Source: Dehalococcoidia bacterium (GTDB lineage: Bacteria > Chloroflexota > Dehalococcoidia > Lucifugimonadales > SAR202-VII-2). From it: a stretch of DNA of 64,000 nucleotides. The DNA lies in assembly GCA_965263165.1 (NCBI GenBank), contig OZ253584.1, positions 1,209,736-1,273,735 on the forward strand. Direction: 5' to 3'. Position numbers and translations under genes: made by a program. The notes under the pieces were generated by a model that saw nothing but the letters and a program-made list of their open reading frames with translations, ran no database searches and was not told the origin of the DNA. The stretch's first letter is position 1. Every line of letters starts with the position of its first letter. Positions 19,187 to 29,019 of the stretch are shown here, piece by piece.

Positions 19187-21607
19187 ATGCGCGTCCCCCT
19201 TTCCTGGCTGAAAGAGTACGTTCCCATCACGCTGCCGCCTGAAGACTTGGCCCACCGTCTGACGATGGCCGGGCTCGAGGTTGGCGAGGTTGAGCACATT
19301 GGCGGGTGGGACCGGGAGCGGGTGCTCGTTGGGCTGGTCACCGCCATCGAGCCGCACCCCGGTGCCGACCGCCTGCGCCTTGCCACCGTTGACCTCGGCG
19401 GCGAGACCTGGACGGTGGTGTGCGGCGCTCCCAACGTTGCCCCTGGACAGAAGATTGCCTTTGCCAAGGAGGGCGCCCGCCTCTACAACGCCCACGCGGG
19501 CAGGGTGGAGGACCTGAAGCGAGTCAATATCCGGGGCGTCGAGTCAGCGGGGATGGTCTGTTCGGAGTTGGAGTTGGGGCTGGGCGACAGCCACGAAGGC
19601 ATACTCGTGTTGCCCGAGGACTCCCCGGTGGGCGCGCCTTTGGCGGACCTGCTGGGGGATGTCGTGCTGGACATCGAGGTCACGGCCAACCGCCCGGACT
19701 GTCTGTCGGTTCTCGGCGTGGCTCGCGAGGTGGCTGCCCTAACCGGACAGAGGGTCGTCGAGCCGGATCTGTCGCACCACGAATCCGGGGATGCCATCGA
19801 CGGCCAGGCCGGGGTCGTCATCCAGGATGCGGATCTGTGCCCACGCTACACGGCGAGCCTGGTCAGGGGCGTAAACATCGGCCCCTCGCCGCAGTGGCTC
19901 CAGGACCGGCTCATTCTGGTGGGGCAGAGGCCCATCAACAACGTCGTCGACGTGACGAACTACGTCATGCTGGAGTACGGCCAGCCGCTGCATGCCTTCG
20001 ATTTCAATGCCGTGCGGCAGCAGACCGTCGTCGTCCGGCCAGCCGGAGATGGGGAGACGCTTACGACCATCGATGGCCAGGAGCACAAGCTGTCCTCCCC
20101 CATGCTGATCATTGCCGACCCCGAGCGGGGAGTGGGTCTGGCCGGGGTGATGGGCGGCGCGAACTCGGAGATGACAGAGGCCACCACCGACGTCCTTGTG
20201 GAGTCGGCCAATTTCCATCCCACGAACACTCGGCTCACCGCCCGCGGTCTGGGAATCCGCACGGAAGCCTCCCTGCGATTCGAGAAGGGCCTGGGCCCGG
20301 ACTTGCCGCCGTTGGCCCTCCGCCGCGCCACGCAGTTGATTCTCGAGCTTGCGGGCGGCAAAGCGGCCAAGGGCATCATCGATGCCTACCCTGGGCGCAA
20401 GCAACCCGCGTCCATCACGCTGTCCATGGCTCGAGTGGGCAGAGTGCTGGGCGCCGGCATCGAGCAGGCGCTGGCGGAGGAGACCCTGACGGCCCTCGGT
20501 TTCACGGTGAGCAGTGACGGCAGCGGGTCGGGCGGAAGCGGGTCGATTGAAGTAACGCCACCCTACTGGCGCACCGACGTCACCATCCCCGAGGACTTGG
20601 TGGAGGAAGTGGCCCGGATTACCGGGTACGACCGCATACCGGCGACGCCATTGACCGGCTCGCTGGCGGCGCGGCGTCCTCAACCCTGGCGGGACCTGCG
20701 CGAGCGGTTGAGGGACCTGCTCGTGGAGGCGGGGATGCAGGAGACCATCTCCTATACGCTGGTGTCCGGCAATGCCCTGGAAAGGCTTGGGTTCGAGGCG
20801 CATTCGGCGTTGAGGGTAGCCAACCCCATGAGCCAGGAGCAGGAGTACCTGCGAACCAGTCTCCGAGCCAGCCTTCTGTCCAGCTTGGCCGCCAATCTGC
20901 GCCGCTCTCCGGAGGCTGGGCTGCGGCTCTTTGAGATTGGGCGGGTCTATGTGCCGCGGGACGGCGATCTTCCCCGCGAAATCGAGAAGGCGGTCGGCGT
21001 GCTGGCCGGGCCCCGTTCGACGCTTTCCTGGGGATCGTCTGGCGAGGAGACGCTGGACTTCTTCGACGCCAAGGGGGTCATGGAAGCCGCCCTGGCCCAG
21101 CTCTCGGCGGCAGCGGTCTTCCAGCCAGCCACCGACCCGGCGCTGCATCCCGGCCGCACCGCTGCCGTGCTCGTAAACGGTGAGCAGGTTGGCGTTGTGG
21201 GAGAGGTTCACCCGGCGGTGCTGGAGCGGTTCGACGCGCCTGCTGAGCGGGCCGCCCTGTTTGAATTGGACATCGAGGCGTTGCTTGCCGCCCTGCCGGA
21301 GGGGACGCGGCGCTTTGAGTCGATCTCGCGCTTCCCCGACACGCTGCGCGACCTTGCCCTGATCGTGGACGTCAGCGTGTCTGCGGAGGAGGTCAGGAGG
21401 CGCATCGAGGGGCATCCGCTGGTGCGCCAAGCCATCCTCTTTGACGTGTACGAGGGCGACCCTATCGAGGCGGGCAAGCGCTCGCTGGCGTACCGGGTTG
21501 TGCTCCGGGCGCCGACCCGCACCCTGAACAGCGAGGAAGTAAATCAGGCGCTGGCCAAGACGTTGCGCATCCTCCAGAACGACCTTGGGGCGACGCTGCG
21601 GGGTTGA
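19187..21607 (+). CDS. pheT: phenylalanine--tRNA ligase beta subunit
   Basis: MRVPLSWLKEYV... is the canonical PheT N-terminus at ATG 19187; 806 aa. The track ORF 18989.. is over-extended. Confidence 0.95.
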   Translation: MRVPLSWLKEYVPITLPPEDLAHRLTMAGLEVGEVEHIGGWDRERVLVGLVTAIEPHPGADRLRLATVDLGGETWTVVCGAPNVAPGQKIAFAKEGARLYNAHAGRVEDLKRVNIRGVESAGMVCSELELGLGDSHEGILVLPEDSPVGAPLADLLGDVVLDIEVTANRPDCLSVLGVAREVAALTGQRVVEPDLSHHESGDAIDGQAGVVIQDADLCPRYTASLVRGVNIGPSPQWLQDRLILVGQRPINNVVDVTNYVMLEYGQPLHAFDFNAVRQQTVVVRPAGDGETLTTIDGQEHKLSSPMLIIADPERGVGLAGVMGGANSEMTEATTDVLVESANFHPTNTRLTARGLGIRTEASLRFEKGLGPDLPPLALRRATQLILELAGGKAAKGIIDAYPGRKQPASITLSMARVGRVLGAGIEQALAEETLTALGFTVSSDGSGSGGSGSIEVTPPYWRTDVTIPEDLVEEVARITGYDRIPATPLTGSLAARRPQPWRDLRERLRDLLVEAGMQETISYTLVSGNALERLGFEAHSALRVANPMSQEQEYLRTSLRASLLSSLAANLRRSPEAGLRLFEIGRVYVPRDGDLPREIEKAVGVLAGPRSTLSWGSSGEETLDFFDAKGVMEAALAQLSAAAVFQPATDPALHPGRTAAVLVNGEQVGVVGEVHPAVLERFDAPAERAALFELDIEALLAALPEGTRRFESISRFPDTLRDLALIVDVSVSAEEVRRRIEGHPLVRQAILFDVYEGDPIEAGKRSLAYRVVLRAPTRTLNSEEVNQALAKTLRILQNDLGATLRG

Positions 21608-21662
21608 GAGCCGGGGCCGCGCCGAGGCAGAGGCAGCGCCGTCAACGGCCATTTCGCGCTGG

Positions 21663-21685
21663 CGGGCGGGTCCATGACCCGCCCG
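21663..21685 (+). terminator. terminator-like hairpin after pheT
   Basis: CGGGCGGGTC-cat-GACCCGCCCG, a 10-bp perfect stem, followed by ATTTG. Confidence 0.5.
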
Positions 21686-21718
21686 ATTTGCGTAACGCGC
21701 ACTTAAGGAGAGACACCG

Positions 21719-22468
21719 ATGAGGCTTCAAGGTAAGACGGCTCTGGTAACGGGAGCGGGGCGCAACGTTGGAAGGGCCATTGCCCTGGCATTCGCCGGTG
21801 AGGGGGCCAACGTCGTGGTCCACGGATTCAAGGACCAGGCGGCCGCTGAAGAGACCGCGCGCTTGGTGGAGAGCAGAGGTGTCAGCGCCGCCGTCGTGCT
21901 CGGCGACGTAGGCGACCAGGAGGATGTCCGGCGGTTTGTGGGGGAGGCCATTGCGGCCCTGGGCCCGGTGGACGTCTTGGCCAACAATGTGGGATTCCGG
22001 CCCAAGGAGGATACGTTGTCCATCTCGGCGGAGAGCTGGCGGCGCGTCCTGGCTTCCAATCTGGATGGCCCTTTCTTCGTCGCTCAGGCGGTTCTGCCGG
22101 GGATGATTGAGCGGCGCTGGGGGCGGATCATCAACATTTCGGGCGGCGCGGCGTTCAACGGGGTTGTCGGTGAGCCGCACGTGAGCGCTTCCAAGGCGGG
22201 GTTGCTGGGCCTAACGCGGTCCCTGGCGCGGGAGTTCGCCAAGGACAACGTGCTGACCAACACCATCGCGCCCGGGCTGATTCATACAGAGGATTCAGAC
22301 TATCGAACGCCGGGCCGCGACTACGCTCAGATCGCCGCCGCTCAGCCCCTGGGCCGGGTCACTGAGCCGGAGGAGATTGCCGGGCTGTGCGTCTACCTTT
22401 GCGACCCGGCCCAGCAGTCGGTCAACGGGCAGACCCTGCACATCAATGGCGGGGGGTTGTTCGGCTGA
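21719..22468 (+). CDS. SDR-family oxidoreductase (FabG-like)
   Basis: TGAGRNVGRAIA and the NISGG...SASKAG motif (YxxxK position variant); 249 aa. Confidence 0.85.
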   Translation: MRLQGKTALVTGAGRNVGRAIALAFAGEGANVVVHGFKDQAAAEETARLVESRGVSAAVVLGDVGDQEDVRRFVGEAIAALGPVDVLANNVGFRPKEDTLSISAESWRRVLASNLDGPFFVAQAVLPGMIERRWGRIINISGGAAFNGVVGEPHVSASKAGLLGLTRSLAREFAKDNVLTNTIAPGLIHTEDSDYRTPGRDYAQIAAAQPLGRVTEPEEIAGLCVYLCDPAQQSVNGQTLHINGGGLFG

Positions 22469-22589
22469 ACCGAGGCTGGGAATCCCGCCCCGGGCGGGAC
22501 GAGTTCGGGACACGCGGAACCCGGCGGCTGCGCTCCGGTTGACAGGGACGGCGGGCGCAACCCACGGGCCGTTGCTCCTGGCGGGAAAC

Positions 22590-22624
22590 AGAGGGGGACG
22601 CTCTGCCGCAGAGCGTCCCCCTCT
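22590..22624. terminator. bidirectional terminator-like hairpin between convergent genes
   Basis: 16-bp perfect stem AGAGGGGGACGCTCTG-ccg-CAGAGCGTCCCCCTCT. Confidence 0.6.
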
Positions 22625-22645
22625 CTGTTGTCTCAGACTTGTGTC

Positions 22646-23686
22646 TCAGACTTGGGCGATCTTCAGTTGGTTGACGGTGGGGGTCTCCACGCTGAGCGGG
22701 GCCCAGGTTGCTCCGCCGTCGGCGCTGCTGATGATCTCCCCGCCCCGCAGGGCGCCGTAGAGGCGATCGTTGTCTTCCTCATCGAGGTCGAGGGCGCCCA
22801 TGAACTGCTTTCCCTCGCCGGGCAGGGCGCCTTCAATGGCCTCCCAGGTCTTCCCGGCGTCCTCGGAGCGCACGAGGACGGTCTCAGCGCCGCTTGGTCG
22901 TTCCCACTCCGGCGGCTCGCCCAGGGCCAGCGAGGCGAACAGGACGTCGGGGTTCCGGGGATGGCGGACCATCGGGTCAGAGTACGTGTGAGCGAACTCC
23001 ATGGCCGTGGGAGTCCAGGATTCGCCGGCGTCCTCGCTGCGATAGAGGGCCCTTCCGGCGACCTTGCCTCCGCGGCTCTGGTAGCCCCCAGTGGCGATGA
23101 CCATTTCCGTTGTCCTGACGGGATTCATGGCGATGGAGTGAACGTCGGCGTCGAGGCCTTTGTCCAGAAGCCTCCACGTGGCGCCGCCGTCCTGGCTCTT
23201 GAGCATGTAGCCCACCTGGAGGGCGACGTACATGGTGTTGGGGTCGTCAGGGTTAATGACGATGTCCCGGAGGTGGGGCTCGATGGCCCTGGTGGGGAAA
23301 ACGACGGACTCCACCGAGGGGATCGCCCAAATCGAGTCGCAGGTCGTCCAAGTCTCGCCGGCGTTCCTGCTCACATAGAGGTCTATGGGCTCGTTGCCCA
23401 CGTAAACGGTGTTGGGATCGTGGGGGTGAAGCTTGAGGCCCCGCACCTTGCCGGGACCCTTCTTCCCATAGGAAGGCTTGTCCCAGGATTGCCCTGAGTC
23501 CTCGCTGAGCCACACGCCATTGCCCAGGGTTCCGGCGTAGACGCGGTTGGGCGACGTTGGGTCGACGGCGACCTTCGAAATGGACCACCCCTGAAGTCCG
23601 CGGCCCTCCACTGACCACTCCCCGTTTTTGGCCAGGGTCACCATGCCGTTGCTGGTTCCGAGATACATCCTTTTGGACACTGTCAT
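22646..23686 (-). CDS. BNR/Asp-box repeat beta-propeller protein
   Basis: Repeated SxDxGxTW-type motifs (SEDSGQSW, SRNAGETW, SQDGGATW, SEDAGESW, SEDAGKTW, SADGGATW). No signal peptide seen. Confidence 0.7.
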   Translation of the reverse strand: MTVSKRMYLGTSNGMVTLAKNGEWSVEGRGLQGWSISKVAVDPTSPNRVYAGTLGNGVWLSEDSGQSWDKPSYGKKGPGKVRGLKLHPHDPNTVYVGNEPIDLYVSRNAGETWTTCDSIWAIPSVESVVFPTRAIEPHLRDIVINPDDPNTMYVALQVGYMLKSQDGGATWRLLDKGLDADVHSIAMNPVRTTEMVIATGGYQSRGGKVAGRALYRSEDAGESWTPTAMEFAHTYSDPMVRHPRNPDVLFASLALGEPPEWERPSGAETVLVRSEDAGKTWEAIEGALPGEGKQFMGALDLDEEDNDRLYGALRGGEIISSADGGATWAPLSVETPTVNQLKIAQV

Positions 23687-23835
23687 GGCAGCCTCCTCTC
23701 CTAGATACTGTCGTTGCGTCTCTGAAATCGGCCCATTTCGCGGGATTGTGCTCCTTTATCGATGCGGTGTAAAGGGTTGGATGGGGCCATGTTTTTCAGC
23801 CCGGCGGGGTGGTGCCGGGGCAAGGGCGGCCCGGC

Positions 23836-25044
23836 CTACTCGGGGATGACGCCCCGCTCCTTGAGCCGCTCCAGCTCCTCCCATTCGTAGGCGCCGACAT
23901 CCAGGAGGACCTCTTCCGTGTTCTGGCCCAGCTCCGGCGCCGGCCCCTGGACGGTGGTCGGGTTCTGCCGGAAACGGACAGGGCTGTTGACAAGCGGCAA
24001 CGTCGAGCCGTCGCCGCTTGTGGTCTCTGTGAAGAACTCGTTGGCGAGGGCCTGGGGGTCGGAGACGGTCTCTATGACGCGCTGCACGCGCCCGCCGACG
24101 AGGTCGAAGTCCTTGAAGCGCTGCTCCCACTCGGCGCGCGGACGTCTGGCTATGACTTCTCCGATGACGGCAACCAGCGTTTCGGAGTGCTGCTCCCGGT
24201 TGGCGTGAGAGTCGAAGCGGGGGTCGTCTGCGAGGTCCGGGCGTTCGAGGGCCTGGCAGAACCGGGGCCAGAACCGGTCGGACTGGAGCATGACCATCTG
24301 GAACCACAGATCATCGCTGGTGCGGTAGGTGTTCCAAAGGGGGTTGCGGGCGCGCGCGGGGTTTGTGTGGGGCACCTCGGCCCCGAAGGACAGCGCCGCC
24401 TGCACGTCCATGCCGATGGCCCACACCGCTGAGTGGTAGAGGGAGAAATGGACCTCCTGGCCCACGCCGGTGCGCTCCCGGTGGAAGAGAGCTGCGCTGA
24501 GGCCCGCGGCGATGACCATGGACGTGGAGTTGTCGCCAATCCCGGGCCGGGCGGGGCGAGGAGGGCGGCCGGGCTCGCTGACGCGCTCCATGATGCCGGA
24601 ACGCGCCCAATAGGCGGAGTAGTCGTAGCCAGGCAGATGGCGGTCGGGGCCGTCGTGGCCGTAACCGGTGAGCAGGCCGTAGACCAGCCGGGGATTCACC
24701 TGGCGCAGGGCCGGGTAGTCGAGGCGAAACCGCTCCAGCACCTGAAGCTCTAGGTTGGTGAGCAGCACGTCGGCGGAGGCGGCGAGCCGGTGGAGGACGG
24801 CCTGTCCCTCTTTAGTGCGCAGGTTGAGGGCGACGCTCTTCTTGCCGCGATTGAGGAGTTGCCACCAGCAGTCCCCTCCCACGAACCCCTCGATGGAGTT
24901 GAAGCCGCGGATGGCGTCGCCGCCGTCGGGGTTTTCAACCTTGATGACCTCGGCGCCCCAGTCGGCCATGACGGCGCAGGCGCTGGGCGCAGCGACCCAG
25001 GTCGCCACCTCCAGAATACGCACCCCATCCAGAATTCCTGCCAC
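23836..25044 (-). CDS. family III CoA-transferase (CaiB/BaiF type)
   Basis: LDGVRILEVATWVAAPSACAVMADWGAEVIKVE. A probable GTG start at 25044 gives about 402 aa. The start is uncertain; the track start is 25185. Confidence 0.8.
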   Translation of the reverse strand: MAGILDGVRILEVATWVAAPSACAVMADWGAEVIKVENPDGGDAIRGFNSIEGFVGGDCWWQLLNRGKKSVALNLRTKEGQAVLHRLAASADVLLTNLELQVLERFRLDYPALRQVNPRLVYGLLTGYGHDGPDRHLPGYDYSAYWARSGIMERVSEPGRPPRPARPGIGDNSTSMVIAAGLSAALFHRERTGVGQEVHFSLYHSAVWAIGMDVQAALSFGAEVPHTNPARARNPLWNTYRTSDDLWFQMVMLQSDRFWPRFCQALERPDLADDPRFDSHANREQHSETLVAVIGEVIARRPRAEWEQRFKDFDLVGGRVQRVIETVSDPQALANEFFTETTSGDGSTLPLVNSPVRFRQNPTTVQGPAPELGQNTEEVLLDVGAYEWEELERLKERGVIPE

Positions 25045-25201
25045 GGGCCACCCCCAGCGAAGGCGCGAGTTCGACCATCCTACCCAGCCCCCAAGGCGAG
25101 CGTCAACGCGCGCGGCTCGCCCCCGGAGGGGCTTTGTTGTAGAATAATCGGCGGCGACTTCGCCCCAGCCTGAACAGCGATTCACTCGAGGAGGAGCTAC
25201 A

Positions 25202-26338
25202 GTGGTGACTCACACGCGACCACCGGAAGACGATACGGCGCCGATTAACGCGCCGGTTATGGACTACGTCATCGCCTACGACGACTGGATTGAGAAACAG
25301 GGCGTGCCAGTCGTCCGCGGGTTCTACATCGAGGACATGAAGGAAGTGGAAGTGGGGCCCTGGGCTCGCCGGGGCTGCAACGGCGCCATCGTCATCCTGG
25401 AGGGGACCGGCGGCGTGAACGACACCCACGTCATCGAAATCCCGCCCGGCGGCTCCGTGAACCCGGAGAAGCACATGTACGAGGAAATGCTCTACGTGCT
25501 GTCCGGCCGCGGCGCGGCGTCGGTGTGGGTCGACGAAAGCAGGAAGCAGACGTTCGAGTGGGGCACCGGGGCGGTGTTCTCCATCCCGCTGAACGCCTGG
25601 TCGGAGTTCCACAACGGCAGCGGAACGGAGCCGGCCCGGCTCATGTCGGTGACGAACCTTCCCACCGTCATGAACATGTTCCACAACGAAGATTTCGTGT
25701 ACAGCAACCCCTTCAACTTCGCCGACCGCTTTTCGGGCGAGGACGACTACTTCAGCGGCGGCGGCAGGATGTTCAAGAGCCGCATCTGGGAGACCAACTT
25801 CGTTGCCGACGCCCGCAGCACCAAGCTCTACTCCTGGAAGGAGCGGGGCGCGGGCGGTTCGAACATCTTCTTCGAGTTGGCGCAGAACAGCATGGGCGCC
25901 CACATATCGCAGTTCCCGGTGAGCACGTACAAGAAGGGACACCGTCACGGCCCCGGCGCCCACGTCATCATCGTGGACGGCGACGGATATTCGCTCCTCT
26001 GGCGCGAGGGTGACGATGAGCGGCTCCGCTGCGACTGGAAGCCCGGCAGCGTGATTGTGCCGCCGGAGCATTGGTTCCACGAGCACTTCAACCCCGGCAC
26101 GCGTCCCGCCCGCTACCTGGCCCTGCGGTTCACGGGCCGCCGGTTCATTCAGCCGGGCGCCTACAGCGGCGCCGAGGGCGCCGACGTCAGCGTCAAGCAG
26201 GGTGGCTGGCAAATCGAGTACGAAGACGAGGATCCGGCCATCCACGGCGAGTTCGAGGCCGAGTTGGCCCGGAACGGTGCCGTATGCCGTATGCAGGGCA
26301 TGATTCCCACGTGCACCGGCGAAACCTTGGGTGGGTGA
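25202..26338 (+). CDS. bicupin-family protein, paralog B
   Basis: FEWGTGAVFSIPLNAWSEFHNGSG; HISQFPVSTYKKGHRHGPGAHV; WFHEHFN. GTG 25202 has GAGGAGG 6 nt upstream; an alternative ATG lies at 25259. Confidence 0.7.
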   Translation: MVTHTRPPEDDTAPINAPVMDYVIAYDDWIEKQGVPVVRGFYIEDMKEVEVGPWARRGCNGAIVILEGTGGVNDTHVIEIPPGGSVNPEKHMYEEMLYVLSGRGAASVWVDESRKQTFEWGTGAVFSIPLNAWSEFHNGSGTEPARLMSVTNLPTVMNMFHNEDFVYSNPFNFADRFSGEDDYFSGGGRMFKSRIWETNFVADARSTKLYSWKERGAGGSNIFFELAQNSMGAHISQFPVSTYKKGHRHGPGAHVIIVDGDGYSLLWREGDDERLRCDWKPGSVIVPPEHWFHEHFNPGTRPARYLALRFTGRRFIQPGAYSGAEGADVSVKQGGWQIEYEDEDPAIHGEFEAELARNGAVCRMQGMIPTCTGETLGG

Positions 26339-26482
26339 GGCCCGGCCTCGTCCCTGAGTCCGCGAAGCTGAGGAGCCCCGCCCCAAGAACGGCGGGGCTC
26401 CTGCTTTGTTGACGCCTCCTGGGGGCTATGCTACGGTGCTTCCCGTAGAACTCTTCGGACCTTAAAACACTTCTCAGTACCA

Positions 26483-26640
26483 TTCTAGGTGGCCCACACG
26501 GGCAGAATAGGGAAGTGGGTGAAAATCCCACGCGGCCGCGCCACTGTGAGCGGGTAGCCGCCGGCACAAACGCCACTGACCATCAGGTCGGGAAGGCGCC
26601 GGTCAGGCGATGATCCGCAAGCCAGGAGACCTGCCTAGAA
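26483..26640 (+). promoter_or_regulatory. cobalamin (B12) riboswitch aptamer
   Basis: Core AATAGGGAAGTGGGTGAAAATCCCACGCGGCCGCGCCACTGT, B12 box GCCACTGACCATCAGGTCGGGAAGGC, and 3' element AGCCAGGAGACCTGCC. P1 pairs TTCTAGG (26484) with CCTAGAA (26632). Confidence 0.9.
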
Positions 26641-26728
26641 CTTTGCCGGGTGCTGCTCCTCGCGTTGGGGGGCGCCTGGAGATTGGGTTTCGGCAGGTCG
26701 GCTGCCTCCCTCCCTCTCTCGTGGCACG

Positions 26729-26764
26729 CCTCCCCGCGTTGAGCTTGGCTCCCGGGGAGGTTTT
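26729..26764 (+). terminator. intrinsic terminator forming the riboswitch expression platform
   Basis: CCTCCCCG (26729-36) pairs with CGGGGAGG (26753-60) and is followed by TTTTCTGTG. It sits about 25 nt before the SD/ATG of the binding-protein gene. Confidence 0.6.
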
Positions 26765-26789
26765 CTGTGTCCCGCGCGAAGGAGGATTC

Positions 26790-27911
26790 ATGAGTATGGT
26801 GAGGCGTTTCGTTCTGCTGGCGCTCGTTTTGATTGGGGTTGTGGTGGCTGCTTGCGGCGCCGATCCGACCCCCGTTCCCACGACGGCCTCGACCGTGGTG
26901 CCACCTCCCACGGCGACCGCGGTTCCAACCGCGACGGCCTCTCCTGTCCCGACCGCCGCGGCCTCTCCGGTCCCTAGCGCCGCGCCAACGCTGGCGCCGC
27001 CGCGGCCCGCACTGGCAACAGCGACCCCATCACCAACAGCGACCCCCCCACCTACCAGACGACCCGACCCCACGGTCAGCTTGTTCCCCCTGGAAATCAA
27101 GGATGGAACAGGCGAGACCATCATCTTCGATGCGCCGCCGCAGCGTATCGTGTCGTTCTCCGCGGCCAACACTGAAATCATGTTTGCTCTGGGTCTCGGC
27201 GACAGGGTCGTGGGGCGCGACGCTTTCTCTGACTACCCGGTGGAAGCGCTGGACGTCCCCTCGGTGGGAAACGCTTTCGCCCTTAATCTCGAGCTGATCG
27301 TGTCCCTGGCGCCGGACCTGGTTTTCATCAGCTTCGAGGGTCCCAAGGAGAAACTGAGAGGGGCCGGCCTGCGGCCCCTGTTCATTCCACCCCCGGACAC
27401 GCTGGAGGGCGTCCTCCAGGACATCAGGGTAACGGGGCAAATCATGGGCCGCCCCGGGGAGGCCGCGTCCCTGGCGGCCCAGATCGAGCAGGAGATACAG
27501 GACGTCGAGAATCTGCTCAGAGACGTTGGCCCAGGCCCCCGCGTGTACTACGAACTCGACCCCGGCCTCTGGACGGTCGGCCCGGCGACCTTCATCGGCG
27601 ACATGATTTCGATCGCAAAGGCTCAGAACGTGGCTGCCGCCGCCGGGGGGCAATACCCACAGCTCTCCAACGAATACCTGGTGGCGCAGGACCCCGAGGT
27701 CATTCTCCTAGCGGACTCGAGCGAGCTGGGCGGCCACGGGGACGAGACTCCGGAGTCGGTGGCGGCCCGGCCTGGATGGAGCAACATCACGGCGGTCAGG
27801 GAGGGCAGCATCCGTCCCGTAAACCCGTCGCTCCTCTCGCGGCCGGGGCCTCGGATAGGACAAGGGCTGCGGCACATGGCCGAGTTGATCCACCCGGAGC
27901 TGTTCCCCTAG
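26790..27911 (+). CDS. btuF: ABC-transporter periplasmic binding lipoprotein (BtuF / Fe-siderophore class)
   Basis: ATG 26790 after AGGAGG. Signal peptide plus VAAC lipobox, an approximately 70-aa Pro/Thr/Ala linker, then a PBP domain (IVSFSAANTEIMFALGLGDRVVG). The riboswitch context supports B12 as the ligand. Confidence 0.8.
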   Translation: MSMVRRFVLLALVLIGVVVAACGADPTPVPTTASTVVPPPTATAVPTATASPVPTAAASPVPSAAPTLAPPRPALATATPSPTATPPPTRRPDPTVSLFPLEIKDGTGETIIFDAPPQRIVSFSAANTEIMFALGLGDRVVGRDAFSDYPVEALDVPSVGNAFALNLELIVSLAPDLVFISFEGPKEKLRGAGLRPLFIPPPDTLEGVLQDIRVTGQIMGRPGEAASLAAQIEQEIQDVENLLRDVGPGPRVYYELDPGLWTVGPATFIGDMISIAKAQNVAAAAGGQYPQLSNEYLVAQDPEVILLADSSELGGHGDETPESVAARPGWSNITAVREGSIRPVNPSLLSRPGPRIGQGLRHMAELIHPELFP

Positions 27912-27917
27912 AGGGCC

Positions 27918-29018
27918 ATGAAGGTCAAACCTGCCGTCAATCCTGTACCTGAGCCGCTGGCCGGGACCGCAATCTCGGCGGCGCTGCCCGCGCCGCGGTT
28001 TCCGTGGCCTCGCCTGCTCATTAGCCTGGCGGTCGTGATGGCCCTTGCGATGGTCGCCGCGTCGCTGGGATCGGTCTCGATACCGCTGGGAGACGCCGTG
28101 CGCATCGCTCTGGATCGGCTGCCGGGTGTCGACTTCACAGCCACCTGGCCGCAGACCTGGGACACCATTCTCTGGCAACTGAGGTTTCCCCGGGTGATTC
28201 TGGCCATCCTGGTGGGGGCGAGCCTGGGTTTGGCGGGGGCCACCTACCAGGGTGTGTTCCGCAACCCGCTGGCGGACCCCTACCTCATCGGCGTCGCGTC
28301 AGGGGCGGGCCTGGGGGCAACGATCGTCATCGTGTCCCCAATTCCGACCTTCGTCGGGGGCGTTAGTCTTGTGCCCTTGGCCGCCTTCGCCGGTGGGCTG
28401 ATAACGATGATCATAGCCTACATGGCAGCCCACCTCGATGGCGCTACGCCGGTTACGGTCCTCATCCTGGCCGGTGTGGCGGTGGCCTCCTTGGCATCGG
28501 CCCTGACAACCTTTCTAATGATCGTCATAAGCCCGGATGTGAGGCCGGTGCTATGGTGGCTGCTGGGGACGTTCAATGGCGCAACGTGGCGGCAGATCCT
28601 GATTCTCCTTCCCTACTTTGCATTGGCGGCGGTCGTGATCCTGCCCCACGCCCGCCTGCTGAACGTGCTCCAGCTTGACCGCGACCAGGCGACTCAGTTG
28701 GGCATCAACGTTGAGCGCACGAACCTGGTTCTCCTTGCTGCTGCCTCGCTGGCGACGGCTGCGGCGGTGTCGTTCAGCGGGCTTATCCTGTTCGTCGGGC
28801 TGGTCGCTCCCCACGTGGCGAGGCTCATCTGGGGACCGAACCACCGGGCGCTGCTGCCCATGGCCATGCTGGTGGGAGCCGGCTTTCTGGTGCTGGCCGA
28901 TCTTGGCTCGCGCATGGTGTTGCAGCCGCAGGAGATTCCCATCGGCGTTATTACGTCACTGGTCGGCGCTCCCTTCTTCGTCTATCTGCTGCGCCGGGCG
29001 CGGCAGTGGAGGGTTTGA
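27918..29018 (+). CDS. btuC: FecCD/BtuC-family ABC permease
   Basis: 366 aa, multi-TM, with GASLGLAGATYQGVFRNPLADPYLIGVASGAGLG. Confidence 0.9.
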   Translation: MKVKPAVNPVPEPLAGTAISAALPAPRFPWPRLLISLAVVMALAMVAASLGSVSIPLGDAVRIALDRLPGVDFTATWPQTWDTILWQLRFPRVILAILVGASLGLAGATYQGVFRNPLADPYLIGVASGAGLGATIVIVSPIPTFVGGVSLVPLAAFAGGLITMIIAYMAAHLDGATPVTVLILAGVAVASLASALTTFLMIVISPDVRPVLWWLLGTFNGATWRQILILLPYFALAAVVILPHARLLNVLQLDRDQATQLGINVERTNLVLLAAASLATAAAVSFSGLILFVGLVAPHVARLIWGPNHRALLPMAMLVGAGFLVLADLGSRMVLQPQEIPIGVITSLVGAPFFVYLLRRARQWRV

Positions 29019-29019
29019 G

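Noticed and set aside
19739-22180. 813-aa minus-strand ORF opposite pheT and the SDR gene
   Set aside because: It is antisense to pheT, crosses an intergenic terminator, and has no recognisable domain.
22629-22660. Direct repeat GTCTCAGACTT x2 after the terminator hairpin
   Set aside because: It is very short (11 nt, two copies) and overlaps the stop region of the BNR gene, so it is likely incidental.
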